From Chiloscyllium plagiosum (Eukaryota): 64,000 nucleotides of DNA. A program made the position numbers and the translations under genes. This document shows positions 51,303 through 63,723 of this stretch, in pieces. Location of the stretch: positions 40,140,432 through 40,204,431 of the forward strand of contig NC_057723.1 in the NCBI RefSeq assembly GCF_004010195.1, written 5' to 3'. The notes beneath the pieces are model-generated. The model had not been told where the DNA came from and ran no database searches. It worked only from the letters and a program-made list of their open reading frames with translations. The first letter of the stretch is position 1; each line of letters starts with the position of its first letter.

Positions 51303-51708
51303 TAGGGTGTAGGTTTGCTTGCTGAGCTGTAGGTTGGATATCCAGATGTTTCATTACCTGGCTAGGTAACATCATCAGTGGTGACCTCCAAGTGAAGCAA
51401 AGCTGTTATCTCCTGCTTTCTATTTATATGTTTGTCCTGGGTGGGGTTCCTGGGGTTTATGGTGATGTCATTTCCTGTTTGTTTTCTGAGGGGTTGATAG
51501 ATGGTATCTAGTTCTATGTGTTTGTTTTATGGCGTTGTGGTTGGAGTGGCAGGCCTCTAAACAAACGGAGACAACAGCTTTGCTTCACTTGGAGGTCGCC
51601 ACTGATGATGTTACCTAGCCAGGTAATGAAACGTCTGGATATCAAACCTACAGCTCAGCGAGCAAACCTACACCCTAAACCTCAACCTGAGCTACAAACC
51701 TTACAAAA
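51303..51708. mobile_element. Penelope-like insertion with inverted pLTRs (111-bp arms) and GIY-YIG C-terminus
   Basis: Arms 51303-51413 and 51567-51677. The minus-strand spacer reads EACHSNHNAI/NKHIELDTIYQPLRKQTGN. Degenerate TSD aagatttcta/aagacttcta. Confidence 0.88.
51599..51638 (+). ncRNA. Minimal type I hammerhead ribozyme motif with intact core
   Basis: CCA-CTGATGA(51602-08)-t-GTTACC/tagcca/GGTAAT-GAAA(51628-31)-C-GTC-TGG. Helix I CCA/TGG, palindromic ACGT helix III. Predicted cleavage after 51635. Confidence 0.8.
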
Positions 51709-54700
51709 AGGAAGACTTCTAATTTTTATTATGTCAGATCTACTTCTAGCCTCAGCACAAGGGAAGCATCCTCTCAGTATCCAACCTAGCAAGTTTCCTC
51801 AAGACCTTGCATGTTAAAATACGATCATTGTCTTAATCTCCTATGATATAGGCCCAATGTGTTCAGCCTGTCCTCATGGGATAATCTTTTCATCCCAAAA
51901 CTGAGTTGTGTGAATATTCTCTGCTTTGCTTCTAATATAAATGTATTTCTTTGCAAGTAAGGAAACCAAAACCATAAAGAATGCTCTAGATGTCTCATTA
52001 AGACCTTGCACAGCTGCAGTAAAGTTTCCCTAATTTGTATTTCATTTCCCTTGCAATAAACACCAACATTTAATTTGCCCTGCTAATCTTTTGCTGTACT
52101 TGCACAGTAACTTTTTGTGATTCATCTACCAGGGCACCTAGATTCCTTTTTAATATGAAGTTCCGTAGGCACTCTTTGTTGAAATGCTACATTGTCTTTC
52201 TATTCTACCTCCCAAAATGGACAAGTTCACATTTTCCCACATTAAATTCTATCTGCCAATTTTCCCCAACTCACTTAGCCTTTTATATCCCTTTGTAATC
52301 TATTTGCCTTCTCTTTCCAAATTACCTTCTTAGCTACTTTACTGTCACTGACATACATTCGGGTTTTTCCTCTAAATCATTGATAAAGATTGTAAATTGT
52401 TGCCAACCCAGCACTGATCCTTATGGTAATGATACTTACTTATGATACTTACAGTCTGCCAAACTGAAATGACTCTTTTATCCACACTTTGTGATTCCTG
52501 TTAATTAACTAATCCCATATCTTTGCTGATGTGTTACTGCTTGTGGGAAAAGTTCTTATTGGTGTAGTAACCTTTGATGTGGCACCTTACGAGATGCATT
52601 TTGGAAATTCAAGTACAGGTTCCCCTTTATCAATCTTTCTTGTTACTTTCTCAAAGCACTCTTGAGTGCTATTTGCCATTTTCCATTCCATTGGGACTGT
52701 TTCTGAATCTAAGAAATTTTGAAATTTTACTGCTTCAATGTGTCAGCCTTTCGATCCAACAGTTTTCTCACTTTTTCATTGGTGGTATTTATTTTAGCTT
52801 AAACAAAAAGTTGTCTTAATCAGAAATATTTCAGAAAACCTTTCTGAGGGAGAAATAAACTGAAGAGATTGAGGGACATCATTGGACAGTATCGTCCAGT
52901 CTGAGACACTTTTGCGCATTGGCTGAATGGCTAGCACATGATCACATGATGACTGATCAATTAGATAGACACATGTAAAGAACTTGGCAAATCACACACA
53001 TTAGTGAATAGGTAGTCGATGTCTCCGCTGTTATTTCACGGGGTGAAAGATGTAGATGTCACCCAAGTGGGCATTCGTTCCTTGAGAGCCAGAAGCATTA
53101 TTCTCACTGTCCCCATGATTCAGTGAAACCTCCCCTCAGGTTTTCCTCCAGACTGTATGAGAACAGTTTCCCATGGAAGACAGCAGAAGGCCCTCCCTTC
53201 TGTCCAAAGCTTTTTGATCAACGGACATTTACATGGCAACAGCCACACTTTGGTCTCTACCCACGCTGTCATGGTGAACTCCATCCTGGGGAGTCATTGG
53301 AGAGAGCACATTGTATGAACACAGACATATGAGTGGACACTCGCACATTGATTGGAAGCTGCCACCCTCAAGCCTCCCTCAATCATCTTCGAACTTCTCC
53401 GAATCAGCCTCAACTTTCACTGTATCACTCTTGCTTACTCATAGTGACTGTCGACCCGAACCCATCAGCCTTCAAAATCTACTATTGACTCTTGAGCTTC
53501 CTTCAGCAGAATTGAATTGTGCTGTTATCCTCAACCCTTTGGCAATTTTGCAAGGGGCAGCTTCCTAATTAACCACCATTAGGTGTTCCATCCTTTTAAG
53601 GATGGTGTGCTGAATTCTGATGCAGCCAACCCAGTCAGAGGGCGAGGAGCTCTGAAGTTTTGGCAGTTCCACCAGCAGTGAATATTAAAGGCAGAGTAAT
53701 TTTTTGATGGTCAACTGAAGGCCACATCGTTTGGAGGGCAAGCCCCTCCTAGTGGAGTTGCAGCACTGCCTTCCCTGCCCACACCCCTCTTGCTGGGGCA
53801 AGGAGCTTCTGGTTTCAGTGGTCTCCTTAGGCTGTATTTCCATGAAATGGGAGGCATGCTCACCTAGTGGTTATAATTGTATTGCAAGTGTAGAGTTTAG
53901 TTACATTTAAAGATCATGAGTGTGGTTAACTATAAATTTTGTGTCAGCAATTTACTTTTTATAACCAATTGTTGATTTCATATCCTGAAATCCCTACAGA
54001 AACAGATTTCAGTACTCTTGCAACAACTATGCAGGAAAGCTGTGCTTTTCAAGTTTATGTTAACTGATCAAGAGAATTTTGAGGAAAAGTCTGGAAATTA
54101 TTGCTACATGCTGCTTGTTTATTAGTGGAATAATAATTAGGTGGTACACTGATAATCTATTGGGTCTGTTTGTTTAAGTTTCACTCTGATTTCTCCCAGT
54201 ACTTTCATAGTCTAGATCAATCATGATCTAAAATGTAGTTCACAGGTCATTTAATAGCAGGTGCTTTGCGAACTTGCCATGTTTCTGTGTAACACGTCCA
54301 TGGGGAAGGATTTCATTACAGCCTAGTCAGTTTACATTGGCAGTTCCTATTATAAATATAGACTTGGACATTTATAATGGAAATATGTTTTATAGAAAGT
54401 GTGTGGAAATTTAAGATTGTTAACACATTCAATCAATCTCCAGTGAAATTGCACACAGGAAGTCAATATCAGGTGTAACCATCAGGTGAAATGAGAATAG
54501 AAGGCAATGGATTATTAGAGTAGAGATGTAGTCCTGTTGCTTTGAAAAAATTTTTTTTATATTGCACAATAAATTCTTAATTCAAAGTGCCAATATAAAC
54601 TTATCATACTGTAATTACACCCTATTGTTGCTGTTACAGGGGATCAGCTGAAGGGAAGAATGGAGATTTATAATTGCATACTTTATAAATGGGGATATCA

Positions 54701-55344
54701 CGTTTATGTATGTAGTGATTTATATTTTTATATAAAGGAATTTTGCTTGATAATGAACATCATTTTTGTGCTTATGAAAGTACCACATTTTATGTTTTTC
54801 TAGAGGGATAGATTTCTGTCAAATCATATGCCATCAATGTTTAGTGTTTGTGCTTCACCTTAGAAATGCCTGGCTATTCTTGATGCACAGATTTATCTTC
54901 TGATCATTGATCAGTAATTCAACAGAAATATGTAACAGTGTAGTTATAAAGGATGAATGTGTACTTTTATACATTCTTCCCCTCTAATATTGGATTTGTC
55001 TCTACTTAATTTGTTTTTTTTTTTGGAAAATCCATAGGGACCAATTAACTTATGGGTAGAATTTCCCATATCATTCCTAAGTGTGGGAGAAGTGTGTAAG
55101 TTGACAACTGACACATTGCCCTCACCGGTGAAATAACTCCCCTGATCACCCATCAGTTAGCTCATTAAGGGCTGACTACTGAGTGAGGGTGAGTACCTTT
55201 GCCTCATCACAGCACTAAATGCGGATGTCTCGGCTCACCAGAAACTGACAGGCAATCAGAATTAACCATCATCTGGGTCCAAATGTCTGCTGATTGAAGT
55301 TGACTCTTTTGGGGATCCAGTGACCAGAAGGTAAGTTTTTGAGT

Positions 55345-56100
55345 TTTGAAAAAAAATGTAATTTGTCAAAGCTTTTCATCTTGCACTCATCAGGGCAATT
55401 TGCAAGAATATCAATGTAAAGAGAAAGTCACATTTATGAAAAGAGAGTGCCGATTGTTTGGCATGTGGACTCTGATTAGCAAATACAATCAGTATATCTC
55501 TCGTGAATCACATCAAATAGCATGTCTCTTGGCTTTTTGCAGCAAACAAGGTACTGACCAATTAACCTGTATTGGTAAAACTCACAACACATGATTAGGC
55601 ATCACTAACAGGATAATTCTAAGTGTGCAAATAATTATGCTGACAAACAATTTAGGATTGCTAGTCAGATTTAGTGTGCTTCAATAGTGAATACTGGAAT
55701 TTACATATATTAACACAAAAGACCCTGTTCTATTCAGATAAAAGGAACATGCACTGTGCAAGTCTCAACTGAACAAAATAGGTGACAGTCATTCACTAGT
55801 TACCTTCTCAGGGCAATGTCTTGACCAATCAGAAAAGAAAGTCTGCCTGCTCTAAAATTTAAACTAATCTTGGCATTTAAATGACAGTCATCACTAACTG
55901 GTGCATTTTGCATGGAAACATCTCTATCAGTCAGAATCCATTTGCCAGTTAATCAGCACTCCCCTGATACAATACAGACATTGTTTTCCCTTCTCATTGG
56001 CATTTTTAAGAATTTTCGTGAAGATGCTGCTGAATTCTGACTGCCTGTCAGTTTCTGGTGAACGGTGAAAATCTTTTTAAAAAGTGTTATTTTTCAGCAA
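55345..56100. mobile_element. Old PLE insertion with inverted pLTR and GIY-YIG tail
   Basis: Minus-strand CTGATGAgtgcaagatGAAAagctt at about 55393-55369. About 55400-55500 is inverted relative to about 55925-56020. YINTKDPVLFR*KEH (PVLCRQKE-like) at about 55705-55750. Confidence 0.6.
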
Positions 56101-56169
56101 AACCCGAGGTAAGTTTTGTTTTATTTCATCTTGTGTGGTGAGCGTTGGGAGGTCATATGCCCAAGAGGT

Positions 56170-58024
56170 GCAAAGGCAAACTGGCCAAAAATATAAAGGA
56201 GGATAGTTAAAGCTTTTTTAGGTATGTGAAAAGAAAAAAAAATGGTTAATACTAAAATTGGGTCCTTGAAAATAGAAACGGTGAATTTATTATGGGTAAC
56301 AAGGAAATGATAGAAGAGTTGAATAGGTACTTTGGATCTGTCTTCACTGGGGAAGACACAAGCAATCTCCCAGATGTAATAGTGGCTGAAGGACCTAGAG
56401 TAATGGATGAACTGAAGGGAATTTATATTCGGCAGGAAATGGTGTTGGATAGACTGTTAGGTCTGAAGGCTGATAAGTCCCTGGGACCTGATGGTCTGCA
56501 TCCCAGGGTACTTAAGGAAGTGGCTCTAGAAATCGTGGATGCATTGGTGATCACTTTCCAATGTTCTGCAGATTCAGGATCAGTTCCTGCAGATTGGAGA
56601 GTAGCTAATGTTGTCCCACTTTTCAAGAAAGAATGAAGAGAGAAAATAGGGAATTATAGATCTGTTAGCCTGACATCAGTGGTGGGAAAGATGCTGGAGT
56701 CAATTATAAAGGATGAAATTACGACTCATTTGGAGAGCAGTGACAGGATAGGTCAGAGTCAGCATGGATATACAAAGGGGAAATCGTGCTTGAATAATCT
56801 TCTGGAATTTTTTGTGGATGCAACTATGAAGATGGACAACGGAGAGCCAGTGGATGTAGTGTACCTGGACTTTCAGAAAGCTTTGATAAAAGTCCCACAT
56901 AGGAGATTAGTGAGCAAAGTTAGGGCACATGGTATTGGGGGCAAAATACTGACTTGGATTGAAGATTGACTGGCTGACAGGAAGCAAAGAGTAGTGATAA
57001 ATGGGTCCCTTTTGGAATGGCAGGCGGTGACAAGTGGGGTACCACACATTTCAGTGCTGGGACTGCAGCTGTTTACAATATACATTTAATGATATAGATG
57101 ATGATAATAAAAATAATATTAGCAAATTTGCTGATGACACAAAGCTGGATGGCAGGGTGAAATGTGAGGAGGATCTTATGAGAATACAGGGTGACTTGGA
57201 CAGGCTAGGTGACTGGACGGATGCATGGCAGATGCAGTTTAATGTGGACAAATGTGTGGTTGTTACTATCTAAATGGAGTCAAGTTTGGTAAAGGGAAAG
57301 TACAACAAGATCTAGGTGTTCTTGTACATCAGTAAATGAAAGCAAGCATGCAGGTACAGCAGGCTGTGAAGAAAGCTAACGGCATGCTGGCCTTCATAAC
57401 AAGAGGAATTGAGTATAGGAGCAAAGAGGTCCTTCTGCAGCTGTACAGGGCCCTGGTGAGACTGCACCTGGAGTATTGTGTGCAGTTTTGGTCTCCAAAT
57501 TTGAGGAAGGACGTTCTGGCTATTAAGGGAGTACAGTGTAGGTTCACGAGGTCAATTCCCGGAATGGCGGGATTATCATAGGTTGAAAGATTGGAGCGAC
57601 TGGACTTGTATACACTTGAGTTTAGAAAGATGAGAGGGGATCTGATTGAGACGTATAAGATTATTAAAGGATTGGACACTCTGGAGGCAGGAAGCATGTT
57701 TCCGCTGATGGGTGAGTCCAGAACCAGAGGAAACAGTTTAAAAATAAGGGGGGAGGCCATTTAGAACAGAGTTGAGAAACTTCTTCACCCAGAGAGTGGT
57801 GGATATATGGAATTCTCTGCCCCAGAAGGCATTGGAGGCCAAGAATCTGGATACTTTCAAGAAAGAGATGGATAGAGCTCTTAAAGATTGTGGAATTAAG
57901 GGTTATGGGGATAACACCGGAACAAGATACTGATTGTGGATGATCAGCCATGATCATAATGAATGGTGGTGCTGGCTCAAAGGGCCGAATCGCATACTCC
58001 TGCACCTATTGTCTATTATCTATT
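56170..58024 (+). mobile_element. Relatively young CR1 LINE, 5'-truncated (about 1.85 kb)
   Basis: KSLGPDGLHPRVLKE, QHGYTKGKSCLNNLLEFF, YLDFQKAL, KFADDTKL and LYRALVRLHLEYCVQFWSP, with stops and frameshifts. Tail cctattgtctattatctatt. Confidence 0.95.
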
Positions 58025-58329
58025 AAGGCCCCCACCCTCCCACCATTTACTTGTTGAAGCAGTGAAAAGGATATGAGTTTCTCTGGAGTCAAGTTGCTCA
58101 ATTATTTCCCCTTCGCCCCATTTCTCTCACCTGTTCCAACTTAAATTTTCATTCTATCACACTCTAAAGATTGGTTCCATTTACAACCTTATGTCCCGAA
58201 AAGGCCATCAGACATTCACTTGGCAACATTCTTATATTTAGTTAAAAGTTTGTGTATCAAGCCCTATTTAAATGCCTAACAACTAAAATCTAGATTGATA
58301 CTCCAGTTTTTAGCACTGTTTTAAAGATA

Positions 58330-58535
58330 AGTAGGGATCTTGTCCCTTTTCCCCTTAACTAACATCCTAAGTCAACTTGTCTGGTCTTGATCATTTTGCT
58401 GTTTGTGGGAGCTTGCTGTGCACGAATTAGTTTTTTGTATTTCCTACATTACAACTGCAATTATATTTCAAAATTGGCTGTAAAGTATTTTGAAAAGCCA
58501 AATTTCATGCAAAACACTACATAAGTTCAAGATTT
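58330..58535 (+). mobile_element. DeuSINE-type (SacSINE1/AmnSINE1-related) 3' remnant
   Basis: ttgctgtttgtgggagcttgctgtgcac...tttcctacattacaac...attggctgtaaag matches the recalled DeuSINE consensus. Confidence 0.6.
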
Positions 58536-59479
58536 TGTTTTGGAAGTGTTTAAGATTTTACAAAAGCCATATATAGCAGTCAAAGTTGATATATTGTTGA
58601 GACATTGAAATAAAGAAAACCATAACAGAATACTGCAAATTAAAACAGTCAGATAATCTACACTTCATTATTCCCATTGTTAAATTTGTGGGCACCATAT
58701 TTTCGGTGTTACAGATAGATTACTTAGCAATATTTCAAGAGCTCCTTTCATTTTTTAATCTGAACCTGAAAAACATGGCTGCTCTTCTTCACTCATCATC
58801 AGTCCCAAAGACCATTTCCATTCATCACTTGGTACCTTGTCAAATATCTCCGTTTCTCCTGCCTGGATCTCAGAGATTGTCTGATGTCCTCAGTCCATCG
58901 ATCTGAGGGTAAACTCCGAATGGGTCTCAGACTGACCTGTTGTACTGACTGGTGTGTTCTCTGCTGAACATGATGTTAACTTCTCACCCTGTGCAATATT
59001 GCTTGTGTTTCCATGGTGTTGATGAGCAGAGTTTTCACCCATGTTATAAGAAAAATTAACCCAGGAAGTAAACAGAGATGAATTAAAACCAATTTACATA
59101 GTGTATTTTCTCTCACCATTTTACCAGCAAATGTTAATAAAACTTGGAATACACACAACTCATATTCACACAGCAAATATGAGTTTTGAGGAATGCATAC
59201 ATACAAAAATGGCCCAGTCTTCTGGCCAGCATTGGAACCTTTTTATCCAATGCTGAACTGTCAAAAAACCATCTATTCACTGTTCTGAATTTTCTGGCCT
59301 ATTTTCTAATGGGATCCTCCCAAATTCCATTAAAGCAGAGACTCTTAGGAGGGATGCATGGAGAGAATCTGGGCAGAAGCCATGCCCTTTGTTTTTAAAT
59401 GCTAGCTGCAGTATTCTGGTAAGATTAAATATTCCAGAATTTCTTAGTGCGTTAGTGTAAAAATGCATGGGTATAGGTG

Positions 59480-59860
59480 TAAGTGAGTAAAATGGTGGGG
59501 TGTCTGAGAAACGAAGGCAGTGGGAAGATTGGTGAGGTTGGGTCAGGTTGGATTGTATGGTAGAATAGTGAAGGATTGAGAGGGTGAAGCAGGGTACTGC
59601 CAGGGTTGGGGGAGGCTTGGCTCAGAATTGGCTTTGAGGTTGGATCAGATCGTATTCAGTTAGGGAGTTGGGTGGTGTTGGAGATTTGTGGGTGGTGTTG
59701 GAGATTTGTGGGAGGTTAGAGGATCAAGGGAAAATCGGGGCATCAAGAGGGGTTTGCGGGTGGAAGGGAGTGCCATGGGAAGAGAATTGGATGGTAAGGA
59801 GTTGGGGATGGGTGGGGGCAGGTGGAGTCACTTATACGGCTAAGAGGGTTAGATGAGGTT
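59480..59860 (+). repeat. G-rich low-complexity tract with a 20-bp tandem duplication (59671-59710)
   Basis: Dense GG and GGG runs; ggtggtgttggagatttgtg x2. Confidence 0.75.
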
Positions 59861-62032
59861 TTAATTTGTCCAACTTTTCCTGGATAATTATCCAGGTTAA
59901 TAAGTCAGATCTGACACAAATCTCCTATTCTAACTTCAAATTAGAGATCTTCCTGCAGTATCCCACAGAGCTGGGAAATTGCCCTTCAGAAATTTAAACT
60001 GTCTGCACAAGCCTCACAACGTCAGTACATCAGGAATTCCGAAGGGTCTGACTCTGGAGAGTAGACTATCAGTCTATTACCCAATTTCATTTACTGATCA
60101 AAAATATAATTAGCCACAATTGGCTTCCCAATTAGCTGTATGTGGTTGGTAGCTTGTGTATTGAACAATACGAATTCAGAAGACTTTGTTCAAAGGAATA
60201 GGAAAAAGTGGAAGCTAGGCACTAGCTGATGATACTCAAGTGAAAAGCCAGTGCGGGCACAATGGGTCCTATGGCCTCTTACTAGGCCAAAAAAATTCTG
60301 TGATTAAGAATACAGATTCAATTGCTGTTATACAATAATTTTATTGTTAAACTTATTTCCTTTCATAAACTTAGAAAAAAAGAACTGAACAAAGACATGT
60401 ATTCCTTTCGCATTTCAATTTTGTAGCCCTGCTTCTCTCATTTAATTTACGAAGATTGCTTAATAGTACAGTTTTCTTTTGACTGTGAATGCCTGTCCAT
60501 GAGCCATTATGCCTCCAGTGATATCACATCAGGTGTGGAATAATCCTGATATTCAGATGTTTTAAGGTTATTCAATATATAAACATATTGACACTGCAGT
60601 GTATGTGACAAGAACATGGGAATAAAGACTGAAGAGTTTGTAAACCTTAACCGAAACTCATAGTCTTCAATTCATACTTTGCGATCCATTATTTTGTATG
60701 GTAATTTCATAGAGTTTAAAATCAATTTTATTTGAAATTAGGTAAATTTCTATCAAGTTTCTCCTGGACATGTAATGAAACATTCAATATTTCTGTGGAT
60801 TGTCTGCCAAAAGTTAAGCTGATGAATGGGGAAACTTTATGAAATTTACACACACAGCTTTTGTTTTTTTTTAGTTATCAATAAAGCTATTGTGCCAAAA
60901 TCTTGTAATATTCTTAACCCACTTCTGTGGTTTCAGCATTATACTATACCAGCTAATAATTTTACAGAGTAATTCCAAGAAAATCTTTCATTATAAATAA
61001 TTATTTATCTTTGAACAATCATCCTTGGATTCACTAATTAGATAGCTCAGAGAATTTCATGGACATGAAACTGAATCATGGAGGTCAGGACATTGTAAAG
61101 AATGTTCTTAAGTCTGTGCTATTCCAACTGACCTTAGTCAATCAATGGATGTAATGCCACAATTAAACCTCTTTTCATTGAGACAAAGAAAGTGCAATTG
61201 GATCAGATTGCTGATCTTTGCTGCTGTTGAGTGACTGAACATTAAATAAGGACAGGATCAAGTTCAGTGCCACCTCGCATTATTTCCTGCCTATAATCGC
61301 TTTCAAGTCACAGACGTAAATAGTAGGCATTTGGTTAGGAGACTGCAGGGCAATTAAGATCTTCAGAATTGTATCTTCAGATAGCAATGTCTTAAGGAAA
61401 AGAGGGAGGGGAGAAAATTGACAAAAAAAGAAACAATAAAAAGTTCAGTGATAAAATATGGATGAGAAGATATTTCTTTTCACCATTGTTGTTGGTCTTT
61501 CATATCACAACACACTTATTGCCAATTATAGTATATCAGGCTTATTATTCATGAATAAAATCAAAAACACATTCAAAAAATATCTAGGTTCAATTGGTAG
61601 CAGGATTTTCAGCCCTCTTTTAATGCACATTAGTCTATGCAAAAACACAGACTTAATGCCACCTCTGAACTAAACTTGATAAAATCATTAATGCTAACTG
61701 TCATTTGACTCCTAAATAATTACCTATGACTTTCATAATATTTTTCCTTAAACTTGGAAAATAGGAAATAATTGTTTGTAACCAACTGCATTCCACCCAT
61801 TCCTGTCTTGTTTTGCATGTGTGAAACGTTTGCCTGTAATGGTAGTGCCCATTGTCCGAGACGGAAACACTTCCCTGAGCACTATGTTATATGCTAATGT
61901 TACATCTGCCATGTTTCTATACCAAAGTTTGAGCTAACCACATAACATGTATAATTTTGGTATGTTTTAAATATTTTTCTCTGAAACTGTTCTCCTTTTT
62001 CTTTCTTTTTTGTCAACTTTCTGCATTGGCAG

Positions 62033-62056
62033 AGCATCTTGGATTTGAATTTATGG
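62033..62056 (+). CDS. NRG2: Neuregulin 2 juxtamembrane linker microexon (type-1 linker)
   Basis: Strong pyrimidine tract then ctgcattggCAG, donor G|GTATGG. 24 nt, symmetric phase 1-1, translating (K)HLGFEFM(E). Compare NRG1 KHLGIEFME and NRG2 KHLGFELKE. Confidence 0.92.
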
Positions 62057-63723
62057 GTATGGACAACCATTCATTTTAATCTGCAAATGTTAAAGGCTGC
62101 CTTGGATTTCTAGCAACTTCTTTTGCTTTGAAGGGATGATCTCACTGCAGCTGTCTAGTTGTACTAATCCATCCATTACCAAAATAAAGGAGTCCAGTAC
62201 CTAATGATGACATTGAGCTACAGATAAGCAAAGCTTTTCTATAGCAGGACTCTTTTTGACTAGAGATGAGCTGCAGCTGGCCTAGGAGAACTCTTGCCAG
62301 ATTTATAACTGTTGTAAATAGACAGCATGAAACTACTGCTTAAATGTTTGACCTATAAATTTCATGTTAGCTCCAGATGTATGTAAGCTTGTGTCATCTG
62401 TTAGCTTTTCAATAAGTGAAGCTGGTATTTAGATTAGGAGACCTATTCTTTGAACTCCAAACGTGGTTTATAATAAAGTTGATTTAACAGTAAATCAAGC
62501 GAGGTTGCGGGTCGTAATGTTTTTGCTGAAGTTGCAGCTAATATAAACAATTTTTATGGAACACAGCTAAAAACTAGAGATGGACTGAGCTAAGAAAAAC
62601 AACAAAACATTCAAGCTAAAGCAAATGAAGTTTATTTACTGAGTGGAATTTAAAACTGTTTCATAAACATGTACCAAAACTCACTTTCTGTGAAAGTAAA
62701 CTTGCAATAAGTTTATTTTCATCCTTGATAAGATTTTCCACTAGTTTTCAGCTATTATGACAGGATTGTATACTTTGTTTCATCCTTAGTCATGCACATG
62801 ATAAATATGATAGCAATGTTGTCGCTGCAGTTCCCTAATCTTAAACTCAAAAAGGTTAATAAAGAAGTATTAATAATACATAAGCCTGTTCATTTCTCTC
62901 ACCCTCAACAAAATAAGTGCTGCAGACATTCTAGTTATTGATCACAAAATATATTCCAACTCCCATGTCTTGTCAGGTCACCATTTTTTAGTCCTAGTCT
63001 GCTTCTTCCCCCAGTATTCCCATTTTCTTCTTCCGACCATGCTATTGCCAAGTCTTTGACTTCCCCAACTCTTCCTTCGCCACTTCCAACTGTTATCAAA
63101 TATTTCTTCTAAAACACTTCCATGTCTCCCATTTTTCCATTGTCTTTTTATTTCTTTATATTCTCATTACTGTGATTGACACACATATAAACAGTGTTTA
63201 CTTAAATCTGCCTACTGTCAATGTTCAATCTCCATAATGACTAGGTTGTAGAAAAGATGTTTCAACTGTTTTTCCGATAGCTTAAAGTGAATTTCAAAAT
63301 TAGAATGTTTAATCAAAATGAAAACATCATTCAGATTAGCAATTCCTCCTTAACTTAAACTCTCTGAAGCTTTACCTTCATATCCTGTCACTTTAATTTT
63401 ACCACACTGTTTTAAGTTTTTAGCTTTTTAGATGAAGTTTGGTTTGTTTTAAGTTTTATTTATGAATCTGCCCTTCATATGTTGGTGGGGTTGGTGTTAA
63501 TAGTAATTTTATTTGCTGTGTATTAATTGTAGTTAACTTCTTTTTGTTGCTATTTTGTACACTTAGCTATTATTGTATTTGCAAATATCTTTGATACAGA
63601 TGTAATATTAGGAATGCTGTAGGCATTTTATGTGAAACTTGTGACTGCAGTAGCTTAAGTGATGCTTGTGTCTAAGTCTGAAATAGGCATTTAACCCTGT
63701 TGTACCTGTGTTTCTGTTTCCAG

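Larger units (their letters stand above)
51025..52700 (-). mobile_element. Old CR1 LINE 3' part hosting a PLE insertion
   Basis: Reverse-complement tail ggaagtaggagtaggcc...ctccaccattcaat. ttgatgtggcacctta...ttggaaattcaagtac is YLDFQKAFDKVPH-like. Confidence 0.75.

Noticed and set aside
61040-61440. Ancient LF-SINE/AmnSINE-like element near the microexon
   Set aside because: Only a vague resemblance. I could not match a consensus with confidence.
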